From assembly GCA_964643995.1 (NCBI GenBank), contig CAZXUJ010000001.1, positions 141,795 to 205,794 of the forward strand: a stretch of DNA of 64,000 bases, given 5' to 3'. The notes under the pieces were generated by a model that saw nothing but the letters and a program-made list of their open reading frames with translations, did no database searches and had not been told where the DNA came from. Source of the DNA: an uncultured Candidatus Saccharibacteria bacterium (GTDB lineage Bacteria > Patescibacteriota > WWE3 > UBA101185 > UBA10185). Of this stretch, positions 38,553-48,543 are shown in pieces. Each line of letters begins with the position of its first letter. The stretch's first letter is position 1. A program made the translations under genes and the position numbers.

Positions 38553-39782
38553 TTAACCTTGTGTTTTTTCAAAAATTTCTAGAAGACGATTATACTTAGC
38601 AACACGCTCACCGCGAGCAGGAGCACCCGATTTCATAAATTCAGCATTTACTGCCACAGCTAGATCTGCTATAAAAGTATCTTCAGCAGTATCCCCACTT
38701 CTATGAGATATAACAATAGACATTCCTGCACTACGCGCCATACGTATAAAGTCAAAAGTTTCCGATAACGTACCAACTTGATTAGGCTTAACTATAACTG
38801 CATTAGCCAAATCATTTTCGATAGCTTTGTTAAGAAACTTGGGGTTAGTTACTACCAAATCATCTGCAACAACCATAAGCTTATCGGAGTATTTAGAGGT
38901 AAATCTCTCCCATGCACCATGATCTCGTTCATAGAAAGGGTCCTCGAGATATATGAGCTCGAATTTCTTGAATAACTTTGCATAATAGTCAGAGAGTTTA
39001 TCTGCCGTTAGATCTAGTTTCTCCTCTTTTATTACATAACCAGTATGTTCATAAAAAGATCCAGCAGCAACATCCATACCAAAAAAAATGTTTTGCCCTG
39101 GAATACCGTGCACACTGGCGGCACTTTTAATATACTCCAAAGCTTTGTGTACCGTGAAATTTTCTGGGGCAAAACCACCCTCGTCTCCTACACCAGTTTC
39201 GTGACCATCCCGCAATAGATTTTCACGTAGGGTATCGTATATCAAAACACCCAACTCTAAAGCAGAAACAATATTAAGATCAGGTGACGGAATCACCATA
39301 AACTCTTGGAATGACAATTCATTCTGGGCATGTTTTCCACCATTTATGACATTAAACACTGGCGTAGGAAACTTAACTGTCCAATTTTCCATATCATAAA
39401 GCTCCGCTAAGTACTCGTATAACTCTATTTCACGAGAATCCGCACAAGCTTTAGCAACAGCTAGAGAGACCGACAAAATACTATTACCCCCCAGATGACT
39501 TTTATTTGGAGTACTATCCATATCGATTAAGAGTCCATCAATAGTCTTTTGGTCGAAAGGATCATGTCCCACAAGCAAATCATTAATAGGATGTTCAACA
39601 ATATCTACAGCTTGATTTATATCTACATAAACTGCCTCGTGTTCACCCCTAGATGCCCCATCAGGAACAGTTTGTATTCCTATAGAGCCATCAGATAACT
39701 GAACATATGTTTCAATTGTCCAGTCACTCCTGGAGTTCAGAATCTTATGGCATTTAATTGATTCAATTTTTGGAGAACTCAT
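38553..39782 (-). CDS. eno: Enolase.
   Basis: Enolase N- and C-domains (KILNSRSDWTIE, SHRSGDTAEDTFIADLAVA). Confidence 0.9.
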   Translation of the reverse strand: MSSPKIESIKCHKILNSRSDWTIETYVQLSDGSIGIQTVPDGASRGEHEAVYVDINQAVDIVEHPINDLLVGHDPFDQKTIDGLLIDMDSTPNKSHLGGNSILSVSLAVAKACADSREIELYEYLAELYDMENWTVKFPTPVFNVINGGKHAQNELSFQEFMVIPSPDLNIVSALELGVLIYDTLRENLLRDGHETGVGDEGGFAPENFTVHKALEYIKSAASVHGIPGQNIFFGMDVAAGSFYEHTGYVIKEEKLDLTADKLSDYYAKLFKKFELIYLEDPFYERDHGAWERFTSKYSDKLMVVADDLVVTNPKFLNKAIENDLANAVIVKPNQVGTLSETFDFIRMARSAGMSIVISHRSGDTAEDTFIADLAVAVNAEFMKSGAPARGERVAKYNRLLEIFEKTQG

Positions 39783-42118
39783 TTTTTCTTAGACGATTTT
39801 TTCTTAAGCACGGTTTTTTTGGTAGAAGTGGTTTTACGCTCCTTTTTTTCAACCGTTTTTTTGTGATTGCCTACCACTAACTTTTTTTCTGATTCATAAA
39901 CTATCTCTCTAGTTTTGTCCAAAACATCTGGGCTCACAGAAACAGAAGTAACACCCCATGTGGTTAACATATCTACAAGTTCCGGATATACAGACGGAGC
40001 TTGTCCGCAGATTGAACAAGCAATTTTTCTTTTACGACATGTCGTGACTATACGTTCAAGTGACCACAATACTGCCGGATCGAGTTCATTATAAACATTC
40101 GCGACACGTGCATTATCCCGATCGACACCGAGGGTGAGCATTGTCAAATCGTTTGAGCCAATAGATACTCCGTCTATTCCAAGATCAATAAACTCGTCAA
40201 GCATAATTACTGTGGAAGGAACCTCAACCATCATGAAAAGCTTAAATGCACCACTTCGACGTAACCCTCTGGCTGAAAGTAATTTTTTAACATCTCGCAT
40301 TTCACCAGTAGTACGTACAAAAGGAATCATGAGGTGTAAATTCTTCAAATTCAATTTGTTTCTCACTTCCAAAATCGCATCAATTTCTAGGTTGAAAACA
40401 TCTGCATCTTCAAGGTAGCGTGAAGCACCTCTAAAACCAATCATAGGGTTTTCTTCATGACCTTCAAACTCCTCACCACCCTTTAGTCCTCGAAACTCAT
40501 TTGTTCTAAAGTCTGTTGCGCGATATATGACAGGACGTGGATAAAAGGCTCGCGCAAATTGTTCGAGGCCAGCCGCTAGTTTAGTTGTGAACTCCTTACC
40601 ACGCTTTTCCTTTAAAAATTTACGGGGATGCTCACCTATTTGCGCAACCATAAACTCAGCTCTTAAAAGACCAACTCCATCAACATTTCTATGCGCAATT
40701 TCAAATGCATTTTCTGGTTCTGCGAGGTTTACATAGACTTTTGTAGCAGTTTTAAGTATTTTTGTATCTTTAGCCTTAACTTTTTGTTCTACGGTATGTG
40801 CCCCTTCATAAATTTTGCCTTCATATCCATCAACTGTTATCACTTCTCCGGCAGCCAGCAACCTAGTGGCATCTCCCGTACCCACTACGGCAGGTATTCC
40901 AAGTTCTCGACTAACTATTGCGGCGTGGGATGTTCTACCACCCTCATCGGTGACGATCGCCGAGGCACGTTTCATAGCAGGTACAAAATCAGGGTTAGTC
41001 ATAACAGCGACTAATATATCGCCCTCTTTGACTTTAGAAATTTCAGATACTCGATGCAATATCCTGACAGGGCCACTTGCAACGCCTGGAGATGCACCCA
41101 GACCATCTAAAATAACTTTTCCAGCATGTGGAGTATCAACATGGGTCTCCGTTTTTGCAGTATCCTTTTTCAAAGTTGTGACGGGACGGGACTGAACGAT
41201 ATATAACTTCCCGTCTTCCATACCCCATTCAATGTCTTGGGGTTTGCCATAATGTTTTTCAATCAACATGCCCAGTCGTGCAAGCTCTACCACATCCTTA
41301 TCATCCATTTTCTGAACCTCTTGATATTTTTTAGAAACCGCGACATTACCCGCTAAAGTAAACTGCCAGGTTTGCTTAGCAATATATTTGTAAATAATCA
41401 TTTCCGAGCTTTTATTGACAATGTATTGGTCGGGAGTAACTTCGCCAGACACGATCGGTTGACCTAAACCATAAGCCGCTTCTATAGAAACCTCACTTTG
41501 GTCATTGGACAATGGATTGACTGTAAACATAATTCCTGACACTTCAGACTGAATCATCAACTGCACCGGAACAGCTATACCAACCTTGAGGTGGTCAAAT
41601 CCATTTTCATTCCTATAATAAATTGCGCGAGCCTCAAATAGAGATGCCCAACATTTTTGCACATGCTTAACAACATCTCTGTAACCTTTTACGTTTAGAT
41701 AAGTCTCCTGCTGACCAGCAAATGAGGCTTCTGGCAAATCCTCAGCAGTAGCGGACGAGCGCACAGCTACATACTTATCATGTTCTCCGCAGAGGTCATG
41801 ATAATAGTCTTTGATCTGGTCTTGAAGCTCTTGAGGCATATGCGCTGCCATAATAGCTGTTTCAATATGCTTAGATGCCAGCATCAAACTTTTTGAGTCT
41901 TCATAATCCAAATCACCTAACTCAGATAGTATTTTTTGCCTGATTGAAGTTTTATCTAAAAAGTCAAAGTATGCTTTTGCAGTTACTACGAACCCATTTG
42001 GAACAGGGATACGGGCACCTACCATTTCACCTAAATTTGCGCCTTTACCACCTACAATGGGAATATCGTTTTTACCGATTTGAGAGAACCACAGTACTTG
42101 GGCAGAGTTTTTATTCAT
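39779..42118 (-). CDS. ppsA: Phosphoenolpyruvate synthase with a Lys-rich C-terminal tail.
   Basis: PEP-utilising enzyme. The N-terminus is VLWFSQIGKNDIPIVGGKGANLGEM. A phosphohistidine domain (GGRTSHAAIVSRELGIPAVVG) and a TIM-barrel domain are present. The terminal 35 aa are K-rich. A 4-bp ATGA overlap links it to eno. Confidence 0.85.
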   Translation of the reverse strand: MNKNSAQVLWFSQIGKNDIPIVGGKGANLGEMVGARIPVPNGFVVTAKAYFDFLDKTSIRQKILSELGDLDYEDSKSLMLASKHIETAIMAAHMPQELQDQIKDYYHDLCGEHDKYVAVRSSATAEDLPEASFAGQQETYLNVKGYRDVVKHVQKCWASLFEARAIYYRNENGFDHLKVGIAVPVQLMIQSEVSGIMFTVNPLSNDQSEVSIEAAYGLGQPIVSGEVTPDQYIVNKSSEMIIYKYIAKQTWQFTLAGNVAVSKKYQEVQKMDDKDVVELARLGMLIEKHYGKPQDIEWGMEDGKLYIVQSRPVTTLKKDTAKTETHVDTPHAGKVILDGLGASPGVASGPVRILHRVSEISKVKEGDILVAVMTNPDFVPAMKRASAIVTDEGGRTSHAAIVSRELGIPAVVGTGDATRLLAAGEVITVDGYEGKIYEGAHTVEQKVKAKDTKILKTATKVYVNLAEPENAFEIAHRNVDGVGLLRAEFMVAQIGEHPRKFLKEKRGKEFTTKLAAGLEQFARAFYPRPVIYRATDFRTNEFRGLKGGEEFEGHEENPMIGFRGASRYLEDADVFNLEIDAILEVRNKLNLKNLHLMIPFVRTTGEMRDVKKLLSARGLRRSGAFKLFMMVEVPSTVIMLDEFIDLGIDGVSIGSNDLTMLTLGVDRDNARVANVYNELDPAVLWSLERIVTTCRKRKIACSICGQAPSVYPELVDMLTTWGVTSVSVSPDVLDKTREIVYESEKKLVVGNHKKTVEKKERKTTSTKKTVLKKKSSKKK

Positions 42119-42164
42119 ACACTTAAAGTATACACATAAAATCTAACAGAATGAAATACCAAGA

Positions 42165-42947
42165 CTAACATTTTGGTAAGGTATAGACCATTTTTGTACC
42201 CTTTGGATAATTGTCTTCAATCCAGATCTTGCCACCATGCGCCTCGACCATCCCTTTGACTATTACAAGACCTAAACCGGTACCCTTTTCTCGGGACACC
42301 GGGAGAGCACGTGCTTGAACAAACTTATCAAAAACCTTGGTCTTAAGACTAGATGGGATACCAATACCCGTATCAGCTACAGTCACTTCTATATAATCTG
42401 GAAGATCGCGCACCTCAACTTTAATCTCTCCATCTTGTGTGAATTTCATAGCATTGGAAATCAAGTTGCTCATTATATGTTTGATTTTATCCGGGTCACA
42501 GTTTAACTCTAAATCGTCTGTAGGAACCCTGATACTTAGCTCTAAATTTCGCTGACGGGCAATATTCCGGTATTTCTCAACTTCCTCCTTGAGCACCCCT
42601 ATAATATTCGTTTGATGTTTGAACAATTCAATCTTTCCAGCTTCAATTTTTGATACATCAAGCAAGTCACTAACAACATTCAAGAGATCAGCGGCCGAAT
42701 CCTCAATTTGTTTTATCAATGCTTTCTGTTGTGCACCAGTGAACTTTTCAGGTTCATTAAGCAACATATTAGCAGATCCTTTGGTTACTGATAGAGGCGA
42801 ACGAAGTTCGTGGATCATCATAGCCATAAAGTCATTACGTAATCTAGAAAGCTTGGAAAATTCGGAAAGATTCTTAAAATACAAAACAGCAAAGGTTATA
42901 AACAACGAAAAGGTTATCAATAAAGCTAAAATCAAATATTCATACAT
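42165..42947 (-). CDS. Sensor histidine kinase (TM, HisKA, HATPase_c) with no extracytoplasmic sensor domain.
   Basis: H-box MMIHELRSPLS, an N-box, and a G-box (DTGIGIP...GTGLGL). One N-terminal TM. Confidence 0.8.
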   Translation of the reverse strand: MYEYLILALLITFSLFITFAVLYFKNLSEFSKLSRLRNDFMAMMIHELRSPLSVTKGSANMLLNEPEKFTGAQQKALIKQIEDSAADLLNVVSDLLDVSKIEAGKIELFKHQTNIIGVLKEEVEKYRNIARQRNLELSIRVPTDDLELNCDPDKIKHIMSNLISNAMKFTQDGEIKVEVRDLPDYIEVTVADTGIGIPSSLKTKVFDKFVQARALPVSREKGTGLGLVIVKGMVEAHGGKIWIEDNYPKGTKMVYTLPKC

Positions 42948-42953
42948 GAATTG

Positions 42954-43355
42954 CTATTGTACAAACTTAACTGCGGAATCAGAGGCATCGCCTAATAAGG
43001 AAGCAACCTTCTCTGATAACTCGGAAGGCACTATGTTGTATTTCATTATGTAATCCTCTGCTCCCAACTCGAGCGCACGACTTACATTATCTTCATTTCC
43101 AAAATTAGTAAGCATAATAACTCGATTAGCTTTTCCCTCAGTATCTGCTTTAAGCTCTTCGAGAATTTGAAGACCATTTTTACCGGGAAGCATTAGATCC
43201 AGTAACACTAAGTCAGGCTTTTGTTCCTTTATTGTGTTAAGGGCTAGACTTCCATCAGCTACGTTCACAATATCGTAACCTTTTGTTTCTAGTTCAATCT
43301 TATATAAGTTATATAAAGAGGTGTCATCTTCTACTATTACAATCTTTTTTGCCAT
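42954..43355 (-). CDS. Single-domain response regulator (receiver only).
   Basis: KIVIVEDD...DLVLLDLMLPGKNG. No output domain. The start was chosen at MAKKIVIV. Confidence 0.75.
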   Translation of the reverse strand: MAKKIVIVEDDTSLYNLYKIELETKGYDIVNVADGSLALNTIKEQKPDLVLLDLMLPGKNGLQILEELKADTEGKANRVIMLTNFGNEDNVSRALELGAEDYIMKYNIVPSELSEKVASLLGDASDSAVKFVQ

Positions 43356-43458
43356 GTAAAAATCATACATAAAATGACGACTACGTGCAATAACAAACAA
43401 AATGTATAACTTTATGTTTGCGAAGCATTTACTAATCAACTATCCTTATTTCCATCGT

Positions 43459-44565
43459 ATGAAAAAATTCTTAATACCTATAGCACTAACAGCATTGATA
43501 GCAACAGGAGCCATAATTGTAAAACTAAATCAAAATAACAATCATAACAAAGAGGTACTTTCACCACTGGCAAAAACTAATAAAGAAAGTGCTTTCAAAA
43601 AACAACTTTCAAAACTCACAAGCACAGAAACTGAACCCGAACCGGAATTTAATACCGACTTAGCTAAGAAAGATATAAGTAACATTCTATTGCTTGGTAT
43701 CGATAGACGAAGTAAAGATGAGGCAGGATACAGAACTGACATAATGATATTACTAACGATAAACAAGAAAGATAACAGGGTGGTTTTGACCTCACTACCA
43801 AGAGATTTGTGGTATCGTGGAGGTAGAATAAATGCTATATACGTACAAAATGGCTGGGAGGGCATGCAGCAAGCCTTTGAGACTATAACTAAACAAAAAC
43901 CCGATAAATACATTCTTACCGATTTTGAAGATTTTTCATGGATTGTAGATCAGATGGGAGGGGTTCCAGTAAACATAACCACAACATTTACAGACTCGCA
44001 ATACCCCGTAGACGCTACAAAAGAATATCAAACTGTCTCATTTACTGCCGGACCGGAAAGGCTTACTGGAGAGAGGGCATTGATATTTTCTCGATCACGT
44101 AAAGGTGATAATGATAATGGTGATTGGGGAAGAATGAGAAGGCAGCATCTCATACTAAAAGGTATGCTTGAGGCTGTAGTGCAACCTCAGAGCTTTATAT
44201 GCAAAAACACAGAAAATGCAACTGAAAACGTAGGTATGTGCGAAACGAAGGTAAATAAAAATACTCTTGAGTATGCCCTAAAGATGGTCACGAGCGGACG
44301 CATGAGTACTAATCTAGCTTTAGAAGACCTCGAATATCTATGGGATTTCTATAAGGATAAGGATAAATACGTAATTGAATCACTACTAATGGACTATGAA
44401 TATGTGTTCACACCTCCCGCGGAAGAGTATGGTGGTGCATGGGTACTGGCACCAATTGGTAACGATTACACCAAATTCCAAACAACACTTAATAATATGA
44501 TTTATGGGATTGCAACACAAAATGTGGAAAATGTTGAACCTGATATCGAGACACCTGCGCTGTAA
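43459..44565 (+). CDS. LytR-CpsA-Psr (LCP) family protein.
   Basis: LCP core NILLLGIDRR...RTDIMILLTINKKDNRVVLTSLPRDLW. The start was chosen at MKKFLIPIAL (signal anchor). Confidence 0.8.
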   Translation: MKKFLIPIALTALIATGAIIVKLNQNNNHNKEVLSPLAKTNKESAFKKQLSKLTSTETEPEPEFNTDLAKKDISNILLLGIDRRSKDEAGYRTDIMILLTINKKDNRVVLTSLPRDLWYRGGRINAIYVQNGWEGMQQAFETITKQKPDKYILTDFEDFSWIVDQMGGVPVNITTTFTDSQYPVDATKEYQTVSFTAGPERLTGERALIFSRSRKGDNDNGDWGRMRRQHLILKGMLEAVVQPQSFICKNTENATENVGMCETKVNKNTLEYALKMVTSGRMSTNLALEDLEYLWDFYKDKDKYVIESLLMDYEYVFTPPAEEYGGAWVLAPIGNDYTKFQTTLNNMIYGIATQNVENVEPDIETPAL

Positions 44566-44854
44566 TAGTAACTATATCGACGCGCCATTGTTGGGACGGA
44601 TACTTAATGAGATAGCTGTCAATCGCTCTTGAGAGAGCACGTTGTTTATAGTAATGGAGGGCACAGCTAACATCACCAAAGTTTTTATTGCTTCTGAATT
44701 TGACTTCAATAAACACTAACCATATAGAGTCCCTCATCACTAGGTCAAGTTCCCCCCAATGTGTTGTCCAATTACGAACAACCAAAACATATCCAAGGCG
44801 TTCGAGATATTTACAAGCGAGTTTTTCACCGAAATTACCACGAACTTTGTTCAT
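44489..44854 (-). CDS. yraN: YraN family (UPF0102) endonuclease.
   Basis: GEKLACKYLERLGY...ELDLV...FIEVK motif set. The 3' end overlaps the LCP gene by 77 bp. Confidence 0.7.
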   Translation of the reverse strand: MNKVRGNFGEKLACKYLERLGYVLVVRNWTTHWGELDLVMRDSIWLVFIEVKFRSNKNFGDVSCALHYYKQRALSRAIDSYLIKYPSQQWRVDIVTITAQVSRYQVQHFPHFVLQSHKSYY

Positions 44855-44892
44855 ATACTCATATTGGAATGAAATATTGAAAATACCAAACG

Positions 44893-44917
44893 TAGTCTTC
44901 TATAGATAGTAGACTAC
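44893..44917 (-). terminator. Hairpin (GTAGTCT, 12-nt loop, AGACTAC) overlapping the ftsI stop codon and followed by a T-rich tract. Candidate terminator of the mraZ operon.
   Basis: A 7-bp inverted repeat seen in the sequence. On the minus strand it is followed by GTTTGGTATTTTC. Confidence 0.3.
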
Positions 44918-46737
44918 TCCTGATCTAGAGACGATGACGAGGTTGACTCAACCACAGGAGTTGTATCAACTACTTTATCCGGGGCAATACCATAATACTT
45001 TACTAAGTCATCAGCAATACTCATCCATAAAGGTACCGCAGTCTCTGCCGCATAAATACTTGCCTCAGGCTCTTCTAGCTTTACAATCATCGCAAACTTT
45101 TTAGAACCAGACAAAAATCCTACAAAAGTAGTATTTGTTTTACTAGGGTCATATTTTCCATTAACAGGTATCTGTGCTGTACCAGTTTTTCCAGCAATTT
45201 TATAGTTTTTTATATTAAAAAACTTGGATTCTCCACCCTCAACAGCACTGGTCAAAAGATCTACCATGGTGCTAGAAGTATCTGGTGTCATCACACGATT
45301 TATAACTTTGGTAGGTATCGAAATATCTTTACCCTCATCGACAACCTTTTGTACTATACGTGGGCGCATTAACTGACCGCCATTAGCTATGGCACAAAAA
45401 GAATTGATTACTTGTAAAGGTGTCGCCGATATACCTTGCCCAAAAGAAATTGTTGCCAAATCAATTGCTGTCCAAGTATCATAGGGACGAATAATCCCAG
45501 TGTCTTCTCCCTCAAGATCAATACCGGTAGTGCGCCCCAAACCAAACTTTTCAAAATAGTCATTAAGGTCTTTGGAACCAACCAAATGTCCTACCCATGC
45601 AGCACCAATATTATTAGACTTTTGTAAAAGCTGCTCCACAGTTTGGACACCATGATGCCTACCATCCCAATTGTTTATTACATAGTCCGAGTATTGAACT
45701 GGCCCCGAATCTACAAATGTGGAACTAGGTACTACTTTACCCAAGTCAATACCTGCGGATACTGTTAACGCCTTTATAACCGAACCAGGTTCATAAGTTT
45801 GCGAGATCGCAAGATTAGTACGCTCAACATCCTTACGTTTACCTGTGTTTAAATCTTTTTTTTCGAAATCATTAAAGTTTGCAGGATCATATGTCGGATA
45901 ATTTGCCAAAGCTATGATATCTCCCGTAAATGGATCCATAACAATCACGGTACCAGATACCGCATCATACTCTTTAACACCACGCTCTAAATGCTCCTCA
46001 ACCAAATATTGAACACCACGGTCAATCGTCAAAACAATGTTTCTACCATCAATAGAATCTACCCTAGTGTAACCACCTACAAGTATAGGTGCCCCCAAAG
46101 CGTCACGTTCTTCAACGATTCTTCCGGGTTTTCCGGTTAGATCACCATCCAAACTGCCCTCTACACCAAAGTATCCTTGTTTATTACCTAACTCATCACT
46201 AGCTACAAAACCCAATACGTGAGAGGCTAAGGAATGCTCGGGGTAGTAACGTAGGGGTTCTTCTTCAAAACCTATACCATCAATATTTAGACTTTCAATC
46301 TGTTTTTTTTCGTCTGGGGTCAGATCACTAATCACCTTAGCCCAATAAAGATCTTTTTCAAGTAATAACTTTATTTTTTCTTGGTAAAAAGCTTCAGGAA
46401 ATTCTAACTCAAGCTTGTTTATCTTAGCGAGCTCGGTAGATAACTTAGCCGTTAAACCTGCCTTATCCTGAACGCTATTAGGTTCGACATACAGTAGGTA
46501 AGAAATCTGCGTCGTGGCTAATGCATAGCCATCACTACTCAGGATATCACCACGCTTGGCAGGAACTTCCACAGCATCCCAATACTGCTCCTGCGCCTGC
46601 GCCTTGAAGTCTTCGTGATGAATTATTTGAATACTAAATAACCGAGCCAAAAATATAAGACAAATAAGAAAGAAAAAGTATTGTAGGAAATTAATTCTTA
46701 GATTATTAATGGAAGATCTATCGGTCTTTCTATACAT
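44914..46737 (-). CDS. ftsI: Class B penicillin-binding protein (FtsI/PBP2-type transpeptidase).
   Basis: PBP dimerisation domain plus transpeptidase blocks (SVIK, SNN, KTGTAQ). Positioned after ftsL in the mraZ cluster. Confidence 0.85.
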   Translation of the reverse strand: MYRKTDRSSINNLRINFLQYFFFLICLIFLARLFSIQIIHHEDFKAQAQEQYWDAVEVPAKRGDILSSDGYALATTQISYLLYVEPNSVQDKAGLTAKLSTELAKINKLELEFPEAFYQEKIKLLLEKDLYWAKVISDLTPDEKKQIESLNIDGIGFEEEPLRYYPEHSLASHVLGFVASDELGNKQGYFGVEGSLDGDLTGKPGRIVEERDALGAPILVGGYTRVDSIDGRNIVLTIDRGVQYLVEEHLERGVKEYDAVSGTVIVMDPFTGDIIALANYPTYDPANFNDFEKKDLNTGKRKDVERTNLAISQTYEPGSVIKALTVSAGIDLGKVVPSSTFVDSGPVQYSDYVINNWDGRHHGVQTVEQLLQKSNNIGAAWVGHLVGSKDLNDYFEKFGLGRTTGIDLEGEDTGIIRPYDTWTAIDLATISFGQGISATPLQVINSFCAIANGGQLMRPRIVQKVVDEGKDISIPTKVINRVMTPDTSSTMVDLLTSAVEGGESKFFNIKNYKIAGKTGTAQIPVNGKYDPSKTNTTFVGFLSGSKKFAMIVKLEEPEASIYAAETAVPLWMSIADDLVKYYGIAPDKVVDTTPVVESTSSSSLDQE

Positions 46738-46747
46738 GATCTCCTAA

Positions 46748-47089
46748 TTATAGTGTAGTCAGGGAAGCCTTTGAAACTGCTGAGTTTATCTTCTGCGCAT
46801 ATAAATCGTTCTTGCTGAAACCAAGATCATAAGCTTGGGATTCAATATACTTTAGTGAGGAATATTTTGACTGCTCTAGTGCTAACTCCGATATCTCCTT
46901 CTCGAGTTGTGCACGGCGCTGTTCGAGCTGAACTATTTCCTTGCCTTTTATAGCAAGCCCGTTAGTGACATACATCTGTACGGCTAGAGTAAAAACAAAG
47001 GAGATTACTGAAAAGATAAGAAGATAAGCCACAAGATTGATATTACGAGGTCGTCTTCTATTAAAATTTTGGGCAGAATTGTTAAGCAT
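46748..47089 (-). CDS. ftsL: FtsL/DivIC-like septum formation protein.
   Basis: Short cytoplasmic tail, one TM, a coiled coil (LEQRRAQLEKEISELALEQ). Lies between rsmH and ftsI. Confidence 0.55.
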   Translation of the reverse strand: MLNNSAQNFNRRRPRNINLVAYLLIFSVISFVFTLAVQMYVTNGLAIKGKEIVQLEQRRAQLEKEISELALEQSKYSSLKYIESQAYDLGFSKNDLYAQKINSAVSKASLTTL

Positions 47090-47999
47090 CTACTAATTTT
47101 TTCTCGAATACACGCATTTTTGCACTTCTGGATTTTCTGTTGATCTCTACCTCACTCGCTGTAGGCGTGATTGGTTTTTTTACAAGAGCGCTCATATAAA
47201 AACCCAGATCAGATCCATTAGGCCGTGCATAGTCGTGACCAAATTTCTTTACTTCACGATCTTCCAACGAATGAAACGATATGATCGTCATGCGTCCACC
47301 AGGCAGTTTTAGAAGCTGCACGGCCTGGGGTAATGAATTCTTCAAATTGCCAAGTTCATCATTTACTACAATACGAAGTGCTTGAAACACACGCATTGCA
47401 GGATGTGATTTACCCGAGTCATACCCTGAAGAAGCTTCAGCAACTAACAAATCAGCAAGTTGTTTAGTTGTTTGAATCTTTTTCAATGCACGACTTTGAA
47501 CAATAGTCTCAGCAAATCTTTTTGCTAAGTGTTCTTCACCATATTCCCTAAAAAGTTGGGTCAATTGCTTATCCGACAATGTGTTAACAAGATCCGCTGC
47601 GGTTACACCCATGCTTTGATCTACACGCATATCAAGAGGCGAATCGCTTAAAAACGATATGCCTTTTGATGTATTTTCAAGTTGCGAAGAACTGTAACCT
47701 AAATCATATAAAATACCATCCACAGTTCCAAAACCATTGCTAGTTGCCAATTCTTTTATATCCTTAAAGTTTCCCAAAATTCCAACAAAATTACTAGATA
47801 GACCTAATGACCTAATTCGCTCGAGGGCAGTTTCGAGCGAATTAGAATCATAATCAATACCTAAAACAAAGGCGCCCTTTTTTAAAAATTCAATGGTGTG
47901 TCCACCATCACCCAGTGTGCAATCAATAATTTTTTTCCCATGACCGGCGTAAATATAATCATTTACTTCAGTTAGTAAGACCGGTTGATGATATGTCAT
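47082..47999 (-). CDS. rsmH: 16S rRNA (cytosine1402-N4)-methyltransferase.
   Basis: HQPVLL...IDCTLGDGGHT is the MraW signature. Confidence 0.9.
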   Translation of the reverse strand: MTYHQPVLLTEVNDYIYAGHGKKIIDCTLGDGGHTIEFLKKGAFVLGIDYDSNSLETALERIRSLGLSSNFVGILGNFKDIKELATSNGFGTVDGILYDLGYSSSQLENTSKGISFLSDSPLDMRVDQSMGVTAADLVNTLSDKQLTQLFREYGEEHLAKRFAETIVQSRALKKIQTTKQLADLLVAEASSGYDSGKSHPAMRVFQALRIVVNDELGNLKNSLPQAVQLLKLPGGRMTIISFHSLEDREVKKFGHDYARPNGSDLGFYMSALVKKPITPTASEVEINRKSRSAKMRVFEKKLVDA

Positions 48000-48005
48000 A
48001 TAAAG

Positions 48006-48410
48006 CTACTCACTCAAAGTTTCTGTAACTTTACCCATATACATATCCCAAGAGTTTTTATCCCAAAGCTCAATATGATCTCCGACACCAATCACAGCTG
48101 TTTTGTTTTCCAACATGGCATACTCCTTTAAATGAGGAGGAACAACAAATCGGCCTTGAGCATCAATGCTGGCTTCACTAGCTGAAGTGTACAAATAACG
48201 CTCTAGATCACTGCGCTTCAAATTACCTGGCAAATTTTCAACTTGCTTCTGAGCCTTTTCCGCCCAGTCGTCCTTATCGTAAACCAAGACACACTTTTCA
48301 AAACCTTTGGAGAGAATGATTTCGCCATGACTTATCTGATCCCGCATCTTGCTGGGCAAAGCAATTCTGGAACCTTCGGTAATGTTTGGATTGTATTCGC
48401 CCAAAAACAT
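48006..48410 (-). CDS. mraZ: Transcriptional regulator MraZ.
   Basis: Two DXXXR-type MraZ repeats. The start was chosen at MFLGEYNP by analogy to E. coli MFRG. The longest ORF starts 30 nt upstream. Confidence 0.85.
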   Translation of the reverse strand: MFLGEYNPNITEGSRIALPSKMRDQISHGEIILSKGFEKCVLVYDKDDWAEKAQKQVENLPGNLKRSDLERYLYTSASEASIDAQGRFVVPPHLKEYAMLENKTAVIGVGDHIELWDKNSWDMYMGKVTETLSE

Positions 48411-48421
48411 TTTCATAAAGC

Positions 48422-48451
48422 CTTTCATGTGATTCACCATTCCTCACCATT
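48422..48451 (-). promoter_or_regulatory. Direct repeats ATGGTGA-N3-ATGGTGA (10-bp period) plus a third degenerate copy immediately upstream of mraZ. Candidate MraZ box array.
   Basis: On the minus strand: cAAATGGTGAggaATGGTGAatcacATGAAAG. MraZ operators elsewhere are GTG-rich direct repeats with 10-bp periodicity. Confidence 0.35.
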
Positions 48452-48543
48452 TGATATCTATCTTGCTCCATTAGGTACTTAACGTCAACACAAATATTAC
48501 CCGAAGAATATCAAGTAAAAGTCGTATCTGGTATCATTTACAA

